Shown piece by piece: positions 1-11,381 of a DNA stretch of 16,485 nucleotides (the stretch's first letter is position 1; each line of letters opens with the position of its first letter). Below the pieces are notes generated by a model that saw only the letters and a list, made by a program, of their open reading frames with translations, did no database searches and was not told the origin of the DNA. The stretch comes from Azolla caroliniana (lineage: Eukaryota > Plantae > Polypodiophyta): NCBI GenBank assembly GCA_043228905.1, contig JBHGNT010000744.1:1-16485 (forward strand), read 5' to 3'. The position numbers and the translations under genes are program-made.

Positions 1-62
1 CGTTAAAGCCTGATAGGTGGTAATATGTACAGGATTAAATCATTTTAAAATATTGGTTATAG

Positions 63-3000
63 GGCGTTTGTGTTGGCCTAAGTGAAGTGCTATCGAGCGC
101 TGGGAAACATCAACTTATTTCTTATATGAATAGCTTGATACCAACAATACGTGATGCTCTTTGTGACAGGTATTGTCATTTAAAAAATTTCAAATCATTG
201 AAAATGTAGTTCATGGTAATGTTTGCTCCACCCACAATCATGTAATGATAATTTAAATAAATATCTATGTGTTGCAGGGTTTCTGAAGTACGTGAAGCAG
301 CAGGATTAGCGTTCAGCACTCTTTTCAAGGCATACAAATTTTCTCGTTTTTCAGTTTATGCATGTGAAAATGCAAATGTTCACGTATTAAGCTTTTTATA
401 CCGTAGAGTGCTGGAATGCAAGCTGTAGATGAGATTGTACCTAGTCTTCTGAATGCTTTGGAGAGAGATGAAACATCAGCCACTGCATTAGATGGCTTAA
501 AACAAATTTTGAGGTTAGTTGATCATTTTCTTTTCGAGAACACATCTGGAAGAAATGATTCATTTTCATTCATGGATATCATTTTGATTGATCAGCGTAC
601 GAACTGCTGCTGTTCTTCCCCATATATTGCCCAAGCTGGTTAAACCTCCATTATCGTAAGTTTTTCATGGTATTTCTGACCAGCTTCAATTCAACAATCT
701 AACCAAGAGTTTTCATGCATTTATACTGTATGCTTGATGCATTTATACCTTACTGACAGAAAATAAAATATACTTATATTGCATTGGCTTTTGCACAGTT
801 TCAAGGTTACATGAAGTTAATTAGGACTGGAAATTGTTAGTACTACCTGATTCATTTTCTTGCCAAAATATCTCCTTCTAGAAGCTTTTTAGATATTGCT
901 TTGTTGTCTGTTCAATAAATTGCAGAGCATTCAATGCACATGCTTTGGGAGCTCTTGCTGAGGTGGCTGGTGCTGGATTAAATTCTCATTTATCTATAAT
1001 TCTGCCACCCCTCATCTCTGGAATGGGTAACAAAGAGCAGGTAAGCTCTGTTAACCAGTTCTCATTCTTTTACAGGAATTATTCTGTGCAAATATAGTGG
1101 ACTTCTGCTAAGAGGTTGTAAGGTATTTTATATATCTTCCCCTATATGGATTTTCCTTTGTGTGAAATAGGACGTGGAACCTCTTGCAAGGAAGGCTGCA
1201 GAAACTGTTGTTATGGTCATTGATGATGAAGGTTTGTACTTGCTTATCGCAGAACTTATGCGAGCACTTGGAGATTCACAGGTTGACACATTCTCTTCCA
1301 TGTACCCTAGGTTTGAAATAAAATAAATACTAAAGATAAATAAACTAAGCCTTCCTTCCCAGGTTTTTATGAGACGAGGCAGTGCATATCTTGTTGGGTT
1401 CTTGTTTAAAAACAGCAAGATGGATCTTTCAGATGAGGTTCCAAACCTGATTACCACTTTAACGGTTATGTTGACTGACACTGATGGTTTAACTGTGACG
1501 GTAATTATTATCCATTAACTTCTATGATTTGAGCTTACGTGACATTCTAAGTGACTTGAGATTGACTATTATGCAGGCTGCATGGGAAGCTTTATCAAGT
1601 GTCATTGGCTCTATAGCAAAAGAAGATCTGCCAAGTTATGTCAAAGTCTTGAGAGATGCAGTGTCTACTGCTAGAGATAAAGAGCGGCGAAAGCGGAAGG
1701 TTATAACATGCCTGCTAATTTCATGTTATCAATCAAGGCTAACTAAAAGGTAGATCATAAATAGCTCTTTTTTATGTCTGCTGTAGGGGTTGCCAATTAC
1801 AATTCCGGGATTTTGTCTTCCAAAAGCTTTGCAGCCAGTTCTTCCCATCTTTTTGCAGGTTAATGTTGTTTGTAGGAAACTATTCTAGAGTTGTCATGTG
1901 TGGTTGTCTTAAGATTTCAATAATTTTGAGATATTAAATCTTGTGTCAGGGGCTTATGAGTGGAACGGCAGAGTTACGCGAGCAGGCAGCTGATGGATTA
2001 GGAGAATTAATAGATTTAACCAGCCCCGAGGCTCTGAAGCCATTTGTAGTTCCTGTGACTGGGTATACTGTATGAAATTTTGGAGATTAAGGCCATTGGT
2101 ACATGTATGTCGCAAAAGTTGACTAGAATAGTGTATTATTGATTTTGCAGGCCTCTTATACGCATTGTAGGAGACAGATTCCCTTGGCAAGTAAAGAGTG
2201 CTATCTTGTCTACGCTTGGTATCATCATCTGCAAAGGTGGTATTGCTCTCAAGCCTTTTCTACCACAACTACAGACGACATTTATCAAGTGTCTGCAGGA
2301 CAATTCAAGGTACATTAAGCATGCAAGTGTGGTATGCCATTTTGTGTATTTCATTGCTGTATTCAAGTGTCATTCTTGTGTTAATCTTGTCATGATTATT
2401 ATTATTCCATTTTGTGCTAAGCCTGAAACTTTTGTTATTGTGCCATTCTGAACATTATTTGCAGGCCTGTAAGATCGAGATCAGCCTGGGCATTAGGCAA
2501 GCTTGCGTCGTTAAGTAATCGAGTTGATCCATTAGTGGGAGATCTTCTCAATGGACTTCTGGTGCACTATTTGCTCAACAAATTCCCTCACTTTTTTGTT
2601 GGATAATTTTCTTACATCCGTATTCTCTTGTTTTATGATCTTTAGACATCAGAAGGTGGAGTGAGGGAAGCCATGCTCAGTGCATTGAAGGGGGTACTAA
2701 AAAATGCAGGAAAAAGCGTTAGTCCAATTGTTATTTCTCGGGTAGTGTCAACTCTTCAAGAATTCCTTCAATCAGATGAGGATGAAATCAGGGGCTCTGC
2801 TGCCAGGGCACTGGGAATGGTCTCACAGGTTTATCAACTGTCCTATTCTGAAATCTCATGCCAGGGTTTTGAATTACTGCTTCTGCTTGTCAAGTGGCAA
2901 CGTTTGTCATATCTGTAATGCAGAGCTTTACTAACAATGTTCTATGTAAAATTATGGACTGATTGGTTATTGCAAGTTCCCACTTTCTGTAGAAATGATG

Positions 3001-4332
3001 CAGGAGTACATAAACTTAGATTCTCATTAATATCCTTATTTTAGTCATGTCGCAGCCTCTCTTTTGTCTTAGAAATGCCCTCATTCCTGTGTTCCTTCCT
3101 GTATGGGCAATAGGCTTATCATCTGTAAGGGTTGTAGCAGGTTAAAAATTTGGCTTATTTTCATTGCCTTTTTACTCTGTTAAATTTGAATTTCTATCTC
3201 AAGCACTTTTGCATCACAAACTGCAGTATCTTGTAGAAGATGATCTTCAAACTTGGTTGCTTGATTTATCAAAAATGGGGCAAGATCAAGCTTGGACTGT
3301 ACGCCATGGTGCTATACTTGCTATATCTTCAATTCTGCGACATAGTGTATCCAAGATTTCTCCTTCATCTTCATCTTTGTCCGTAACTGTTGACATTATA
3401 AAAGGAAGGGCACGGGATGACAAGGTATGGTTTCATAACATACAGGAACATGAGGTATGGTTTCGTAACATATAGGAATTTTATGTCCTTTTGATACTCT
3501 ATTTCTTTTGAAGGTTCCTATTCGAGAGTCAGCTGTCAAGGCTCTAGGCAGACTTCTGACACATCAGGTCAAAGAGCATCATGCTGGGCTTCCAACACTA
3601 AAAGAGTCAATGCCATTCATAGTAGCGTTTTTGAAGGATGATTCCAGTGATGTGCGGAGAAGGGCTCTTAGCAGCTTGAAATCAATTGCAAAGGTCAATT
3701 CTATAATCATCATTTACAGCATTTATGTGAAATGTTGTGCTCAGCTTTAATCCTTCTTAGCGTTTTTGTTATGCTTTCCATGCTAACTTCAGCTCTCTGC
3801 ACTTCTAAATTGTGTCAGCAGGTAAATTCTGATGCAGTGACTCCACACTTGAACATTTTAGGCCCAGCTCTTGCAGATCTAGTAAAGGATGCTAATACCC
3901 CTGTGCGTTTGGCTGCTGAGCGATGTGCTTTCTATGTCATGCAGCTTAATAAAGGTATTACAATACAAGTCATTTCCTTTTACATAACATCAAATCATTT
4001 TGCACAACATAAAATCAGTTTTAAGTTAGCAAATAATTTGTGAGGTTATGTTATCAGATATGCATTATAGCCTCCACACCACAGTATGAAGTTAACAAAT
4101 CATTTTTGTTGTCTCTGGATAATTGTCAGGTATGGATTCTGTTACGGCATCCCAAAAGTATCTAACCGGCCTCGATGCACGACGAATCTCTAAACAGCCT
4201 GACCAAAGGTATGTGGGATATCCTTAGTATCTGTTCAACTAGCTGTGTTTTACGAATCTCCATGACAGACATTTTCTTCTCAATCATTTCAGTGATGCAA
4301 GTGAAGATAGTGAAGAAGATTCTCCAGTCTAG
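63..4332 (+). CDS. GCN1: GCN1 / ILITYHIA HEAT-repeat eIF2alpha-kinase (GCN2) activator, 3' portion (18 exons, 5'-partial)
   Basis: Exons joined by hand in a continuous frame: 63-169, 278-329, 407-513, 596-655, 926-1040, 1171-1281, 1363-1500, 1577-1699, 1787-1858, 1950-2062, 2151-2309, 2465-2561, 2646-2828, 3227-3424, 3514-3693, 3822-3954, 4130-4208, 4293-4332 (TAG). Translation has recognisable GCN1 segments: [109 protein letters not shown] and an acidic tail [13 protein letters not shown]. Confidence 0.96.
330..406 (+). other. Non-canonical GC-AG intron in GCN1
   Basis: The conserved peptide FSTLFK|SAGMQA needs a phase-0 junction AAG|gcatac...ccgtag|AGT. No GT lies at the exon boundary. Confidence 0.8.
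3423..3478 (+). repeat. Tandem duplication (30-nt period) of a GCN1 5' splice site
   Basis: aggtatggtttcataacatacaggaa (3423-3448) versus aggtatggtttcgtaacatataggaa (3453-3478), 24/26 identical. Confidence 0.92.
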
Positions 4333-4892
4333 ATTTTAGGCGTTTGAAGTTTTGGCTTCTCTGGAACAGTTTTGACCGAGGAATTAAGTTTTGATCGAGA
4401 ATGTAGAGATCTGAGCATGGAGTTCTATACAAATGTTGCTTGGAGAGATCCGGCAAATTGATAATGTTGTGGGATTGTTTGTACAATTTTGGTTAGCGGC
4501 TTGGTTTATGACACTTTTCAAGGCATGTGGCCAATTGTTTTCAGTGGCTTTGCCACTGTTTCTGTTGTAATGTATAATTTTGATTATCAATGCTTTTTTG
4601 GTATCTTTTTCAGGGGAAGTAGATTGAGGAACAATGTTACATACTGAAAGCCCACAATAGTTGTAGCAGTTATATTTTTACAAAATTGAAGTTCTACAGC
4701 TTGAGCAAAGTTGATTGTTGGACCTGCATCTTCTGATATAATTTCTCACGCTTCCTTTGTTAATGAGATACATTTTTCATCAAATAAATGTCAGTTAACG
4801 AACATTTAAGAAAGTGAATTCTGCAAGCTTTTGTGTATATTTCCGATTGGATCTGCATATCCTTTTGTAGATATGAAAATCTCCTTTACATA

Positions 4893-4915
4893 AAACCTAG
4901 ACCCTAAACCCTAAA
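4893..4915 (+). repeat. Short degenerate interstitial plant telomeric repeat containing a telobox (AAACCCTAA, 4906-4914)
   Basis: aaacctagaccctaaaccctaaa, about 3 units of CCCTAAA-like sequence. Confidence 0.6.
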
Positions 4916-5945
4916 GCTGACAACCAAGCTTTGAAGTGACAGAATGCAACAACCAACTTGAGTTTGTCGAAGGTTCATAACCAATCCCCACATGATTTAT
5001 GATCTTAGCAAACAATGATATTGAAAATGTTGCCATGTGTTAGCAAATATACTTGATGCATAAAATTCAAAGGTGTATGTAGCCATTGGAGAGGACATGA
5101 TTTCCTAGATACACCAAAAGACAAATATTGCTGACAATGTCATTCTTGCAGTAACATTGTCAATGTTGTATCTCCCACTTATTGGCATGGGTTTTGCAAC
5201 ACATAACCTTATAAATGTTGCTGGCAATATTTTGCAACCTAAGTTGCTTTTAGGCATGAAGCTCAATATCATTTTTTTTTTGTAGAAATTCAAAATGGAA
5301 AGGAAGTGGAACAAAATAAATTTTTTGGGAACGATGTGGGTAGTTTATTTTAATTGGGAAGTTAATGAATCTGGAACTGTTTTTGTTGGCTTGGATATGG
5401 TTTTGGAAACATCTATCTTTGATGCGAGAACAAATAGAAGAAAAGATCGGACGAAATTGCATTGATCAATAGCCAAATGATTGTAGGTTAATCGATGAGG
5501 TTAATTGGTGAAGACAGAAACATGATGGATTGAATCCTTACATTTTGCATTGGCACATAGTAAATCAATGTGCATACATTGAGATACGGTGAGTTTTGCA
5601 CACCAGTGAAATGGGCTGGTAAAAACTTAGGTCACCTTGCAGGGCCATGATGTTTTGATGCTGTCTGCAATATGGCGAGAGAAGGATTGGATTGAACTAT
5701 GTGAACTATGGAATGAGACTCTATAATGTTTGTGTACACTCTTTTTCCATTCCTCAGAATTAGAAGTAATATTTTCCTAGAATATCACATAATTGCCCTG
5801 TCTGGATTAGATTGTCAGGATTGCTGTTTGACTTAGACGATATTCTCTGGATTGTATGCTCTGTTTACTAACCAGTTCCTCAATCGGCCATACCTTTTCT
5901 GTGGTTCTTCAGGAGCAAAACAACAGGTATTCATGTACAATCGGG

Positions 5946-5958
5946 GTGTGTGTGTGCA

Positions 5959-6008
<50 letters not shown>
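5946..6008. repeat. Compound microsatellite, interrupted (GT)n followed by (AG)17
   Basis: Read directly: gtgtgtgtgtgcatgtgtgtgtgtgtgtg then AG x17 (5975-6008). It follows a candidate donor site (CAG|gtattc at 5927), so it is probably intronic. Confidence 0.97.
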
Positions 6009-6010
<2 letters not shown>

Positions 6011-6475
6011 GAACAGTGGCTCCTCTGTCGCTAAAACCTTGGTTAACTTTGCTAAAATAACAAAATTGTGACATTTTTCCCTTCCAATTATCTATCTCAG
6101 AGTAGGTTGGCCTTCCAATCGTTATCATATAGTGCTTGACTGATTTTAGAAAAAAAAAAGTCTCAAATACCATATAATGAATTACGGAGTTGATCACATA
6201 ACCCTTTATTTAATGAAATTTTACGGTTGTATTCTCTTAATCTGCAGTGCATGGTTTATAGGTTCTTCTTATCACGTTCCTTGAGTGTAGCTTTGACAAA
6301 CTATATACCTCTCGTTTAGGGATTAGTAATTTGTGCAATAGTCTCTTTAATAATTCTAGAATTTGGCATGATTCTCTTTTTTGTTGATTGCAATAGGTTC
6401 TATCTCCATTTTAGGATGCCATGAGCATTGAAAAGCTCTCGTTTGTTATGTCTGTGGAATTCAATGGTAGATTGA

Positions 6476-9212
6476 ATGGCATTAAAATTGGTTCGATTTC
6501 ATCATGGACAAAAAGGTCTGCAAAAGCATGTAAGTTTAGATGATCCCTTCTCTTTGAACTTGTTTATTTTAGTTTTGTGTTTCTTTATAAGTGATAGGAT
6601 AAATGTATGGCAGACATGTGCATGAAGGAAGACAAGACACCATGGAATCAACAGGGCACTGCAACTTCATTTGACTCTGAAGATCTCTGGTCTTCTATAG
6701 CAAAATACATTAATAATGAGAATTTAGAACCTGGCTTGGACGTGGCATTAAAAGAGAATGGACTAGGTATTCCTCCTATTTCTTACTAGTCTGAATACCC
6801 TTTCTCTTATGCTCTGATTATCTGTGGCAACATACATTGCTACCCAGAATATAGTGCATGGTTTTCCCTCAGCATCCAAAGGTAATCTGTTCTCATTTTT
6901 GCTAACAATCTGAAGTTTCTAGGAGGAATGCATGGAATGTTTGTGATTTTTAGAGAATACTCTTTTATAGAAAACATCTAAAATGAAATGAATGATAATC
7001 TTGTTCGATCTTGGTTTAGGGTTTGGTGTAGTAAACAAACACAGCGTGAGAAAGTCCATTCAGAATCATTTGAGAACAAATTTTGAAGCATGGCTAGTTC
7101 TACTAATCGCAATGTTAATGAAATGAAATGTTAATAGCAACCTTAAGATGCTACTCTGTTTTTTAAAACATGAAAATTTCATGGCGTTTGTCTCATTTTG
7201 CAGAAATTCATATCACAGTTTTCCCATTCATGATAATCTTGTCTTGTTTTTTGTTGTGTTTCCTCAGATGTTCAAGCAAAAAAGAAGATGAAAATAAAAC
7301 ATGTAGGGCATATGCCAGATAAGCTATTGCATGTTCTATTATTTCTTGTTGAGCTGTGTATTTATGTCTCTAAGTCACTTGACTAATCTGATCGACTGCA
7401 TATCTTATAGAAGTATTATTGATATGTGTTCCCATTCGATCCTCAACCATCGCATCACTTTAGATGAATTTCTAATCTTGAACTAGTATATTGCTCACTG
7501 CTTTGAGTACTCCAAAAAATTCATAATTTGAAGTGAATATTTTATGGATTGAAGATTTGTTTCTAGTGGCATAGTGCGGCACTTAACACATTTAAAATTG
7601 TACGGCCTAGGGCTGTCTGATTCTTTTTTTGAAGATGCGTCTACATTCCTGACAGAGAAAGAGAAACCTTCAGAATATTTGCCACCGCCTCCCATCAGTG
7701 AAACAGGTATTGCATTTGAAAAAAACTGTAAAACACCGCATTTGATTTTATCTTCAAAATAATGCGAGGACTATGATGGCAGGTGAACTCTGCTGCTTGT
7801 GAAGTGTGTTAATTTGTTTCAGTTGTGATGTGCATGCTTGAATTGACACCATCACAGAATTCACTTTAGGAAATGACAGGATGTCTTATTGGACGTTCAA
7901 TTATTCTACTGAATGAACAGCAGGAAGATTTTGGACTTAAAATTGAACCTTCTAAGAAATGTCATGTCATCGATTTACTTCTGCTTTGGGGTGCTTAAAG
8001 GTTGAAGTGATGTTAAGAAACCATATTAGCACACCATCTTTGGAAATTTCATAGTGAGAAAATTCTAGAACATGAGGGATTACTCAAACTTGAACATATA
8101 TCTTATCAATGATCAACATACTTTGATCATATAAAACACGTGAAAGGTTGAAATCTGGGGGTGGAGGGAGTGAAAGTTGGTTATTGATCCTAGACCAGCT
8201 GTTCTCATATTGCTAATAAAATGCCATTATGGAAGTTTTGAATATCGACAGAAGCAGAATTTCACACAACAATGTAGTATATGTTTGTAAACTTAGAAGT
8301 GTGCATTGCAGATATGGCCTTCAATTCAAAACTGGAAAATGCACTTTACATTCTAAAGGATTTACTGTCCAGCCCCTTGAGGAAAACTGGGATGGAGGAT
8401 GAGCTATCAGCGGCATGGATGTTGATACATGATGAAGTTAAATTTGAAGATCCGGTTCTATGTACATCTGGAAAGGAAAGGTATCGATGTACGAGCACTT
8501 CAGAATTTCAACAATTTGAATGCACTGCTTGATCCTAATTTTCCTTGTAATCAACAGATTGGCAAGGTGGTTAAATAACTTGGCTGAGAATGGTGCATCA
8601 GTGGATTTGCAAGAGATATATGCGGAGAACATCAATGCATGCCCTAGTAAATATTCTATAATAAACAAACATGCTTGAGACTCTTTTTTTATTTTTCTTA
8701 CAGGGATATGTTTAGCATGAGATATGTACGCTTAGTCAGTTTATCTTCTTTTGACCAGGGAGGGGATGCATATATGCTGTGTGGACCTTATCATTCCGTA
8801 CCCAACACAAAGAAGTTTCGGATCCTTGCTTTAAGAATCCTCAAATGATAACGGTTTCTGGAGAAACAAAGTTTGATTTGAATAGTAGTGGCCAGGTACT
8901 AATCAAAGCTAATTCTACTATATTGTATAAAAAATAGTATGGCCTATCAAAAACTCATTTATGTGATTCTTAGTATCAAAACCTCATGTGAAGATGAGGA
9001 TTCTTATAAAGATATCACAAAATAATCGTTTTCTTTTGTGAGCATCAGTAGCTCTTCTAAATGAGTTTTTTCATACATTGAAATCATAAAAAACACGATC
9101 TCTTTTCCTCCAGATAACCTCTATTCGATCTCAGTGGCACATAAAAGAAGAAAAGATAAGAGATTTTATCAAGGAGTATTTTGGTGACATGCTGTTGAAG
9201 GCCGAAATATAA
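6476..9212 (+). CDS. Uncharacterised multi-exon protein (about 293 aa) with a C-terminal NTF2-like/SnoaL-like (DUF2358-type) domain
   Basis: Best frame-consistent model: 6476-6529, 6598-6766, 6848-6881, 7268-7302, 7611-7706, 8312-8480, 8558-8646, 8759-8895, 9114-9212 (TAA), 882 nt, all GT-AG. The C-terminal half reads IHDEVKFEDPVLCTSGKERLARWL...VDLQEI...IYAVWTLSF...ITVSGETKFDLNSSGQITSIRSQW, matching the DVxFxDP..G / WxL / SGxxxFxLNxxGxI..W pattern of NTF2-like proteins. The last five exons are well supported. The start codon and the small middle exons are uncertain. Confidence 0.72.
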
Positions 9213-11381
9213 AGGATATGGAAGTGTAACAAGGGTCTTTGCAAGGTCCCACATGATTAGCCAAAGCCTATCTATCCCAACCCATGTTTTTTGGTTTTAT
9301 CTTTCTTAGGTTGGCATATGTATTCACGTGTATGTTCATATAAGTCCATATGCATTTATTGTCAGTATGTTTACTGTAAATATGTGGGCTTTTGTGAGTG
9401 ATTTAGTACGTTTACATGTGTGTGTATATCAATCCAAACAAAAGAAATGAAGCGTATACAGAGCAAACCAAACTTGAAACTCAAAAGTTAAGCCTTATAA
9501 AAAAAAGGACATCTTGGATTGGTTGTGGACATTGACCAATAGACAGGAAAATTTTTAGGTTGACAATCGAAAGGAAGCTCAGCCGGCAAATAAATAACCC
9601 AAAAAGAGAGAAGATCAAGTAGAGAGTGCAAACCAACAATGCTTCTATCTTACATCACCATCCTCTTATGCATCATCTTTATCTTCCACTCTTTTTTAGA
9701 GCGGTTAGCTATATAGTGTTTAGTTATAGGTAAAACCAAAGTTACATTGGACTGTATGAGTTTGAAACTCCAATTTATTCCCTACCAAAATAGAATTGGA
9801 GAACTAATTCGAACCTGAAACCAAACAAAATATTTGTAAAATATTTCAAACTATCAGCCTATGTCATGAGCACTACTATCGTCACAATGTATGGATAGGT
9901 TTCCCTTTCATATGCTATCATATTTGAATATAGATACCTATATATACACACGATTAATTACAGATAATGATACTTTTTCCCAAATTTGGATACTGTGAGC
10001 TAACTCCTGTCATAGAGGAGTTGATGTAATCATCATGTGCCACATGTAAATTGACTGAGAGGTTAGGTGTATTTTCGGGTCATTGTGAACCTAACCCAGG
10101 CAGAAAAGTAGGGTTCAAAAATCTCCTTGAGATTTTAACTTTCTTCCCAATGCTTTGGTCTTCATGTGCTGGTTTGGGAACTCAAAGATCCTCCCTTTCT
10201 TAGATAATGTAAATGTAGAAGGTACATCCAAATTTGATTATATGGGAACAATATGTGCACACAAATTGCTCTGCCAAATTGATGCTTTCCAGCACCGACA
10301 CAATATGAAGTTTCCCTATAGGTAGAATCACAATACGTTTTTGAAAATGTTAGCTTCCCTTAGTAGAACAAGTTTGTTTTTTTATTAATTGTGGAGTTGT
10401 CAATATCTTGCTAGATGCAAAAGCATATGAGCATCAAACTTCGAACCAAATCTATTCAATGACTATATATATAATCACACCAAGAATCTTACCCCAACTT
10501 TCATGTTGCTAAATCATTTGTATAGGGTTGTTTGAAATTTTTTTCATTTGACCTTTTTGTTAAGACTAACCAATGAAGAACGATACTGATGAATTGAGAA
10601 ATAAAGAGAATATCCTTACTAGCATCCATAGTGGAGACAACCCACTAGTGTCACAACATCATTCCAACACAGTTATGGAGGGACCTTTCTTTTGATTTTC
10701 CTAGTAGTTGAAAGCCTCATAATTGTTTAGATTTGTAAAACCAAGGACATTGCATGTGGCATGTAATCAAAATACATACAATAGCGATAATAGAAAAAAG
10801 AAGGGCATTACATGTAATGTGCGAACACTATTAGTATAGAAGCCAAAGGAGAGAGCAAAAACGGAATGGCCAAATGTCAGGTATCCCTCTCAACCAAAAG
10901 CAAACATCCACATGCGATAGAAATGCTCCTAACATAATTGCATTTGTAAGGCAAGATAGGAAATCAAATAGAGAAAGTGGATTTCTATCATTGAGCACGA
11001 AGAAAATAACAAATTTAGGCGAAGATTTAGCTCCGTAGGGTATATATAATGGTTGTGGAAAAATACTTTTAAAGGCAAGGAGAGGCGCATTTCAAAAATG
11101 GTGGTAATGGAGTCCCATACTCGAATGAACGCAAACAACAATGATTTGAAGGCAATGAAGAGAGACGACACATGCGAAAGCTTGGGGGCGATTGAGTATT
11201 CTTTCGGGCACAACTGCCTTTGACCTATTCGTATGTTCCTTGGGAAGTCATTAATCCTCGTCGTCGATTAGGAAAAGGCAGCCTAAACCATGTCTTGGGA
11301 TTTGATTTGATCCCTTGCAAAAAGAGAGGCCAGAGCAAGGTTCCATCACGTGGGCTCTTGCAGATTTGGCCGTCCACACCC

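Noticed and set aside
715-748. 12-bp direct repeat atgcatttatac in a GCN1 intron
   Set aside because: Short AT-rich slippage-type duplication with no evidence of function.
1128-2366. Minus-strand ORFs 1128-1481, 1954-2190 and 2136-2366
   Set aside because: Antisense shadows of GCN1 exons and introns with no recognisable protein features.
5852-6197. ORFs containing VCVCV/RERERE or LSLSLS/HTHTH
   Set aside because: Translation artefacts of the (GT)n(AG)n microsatellite.
8704-8725. Candidate 22-nt exon after a strong acceptor (ttttcttacag) in the NTF2-like gene
   Set aside because: It introduces a stop in the required phase and would leave a 33-nt downstream intron. The 8646/8759 join keeps the frame.
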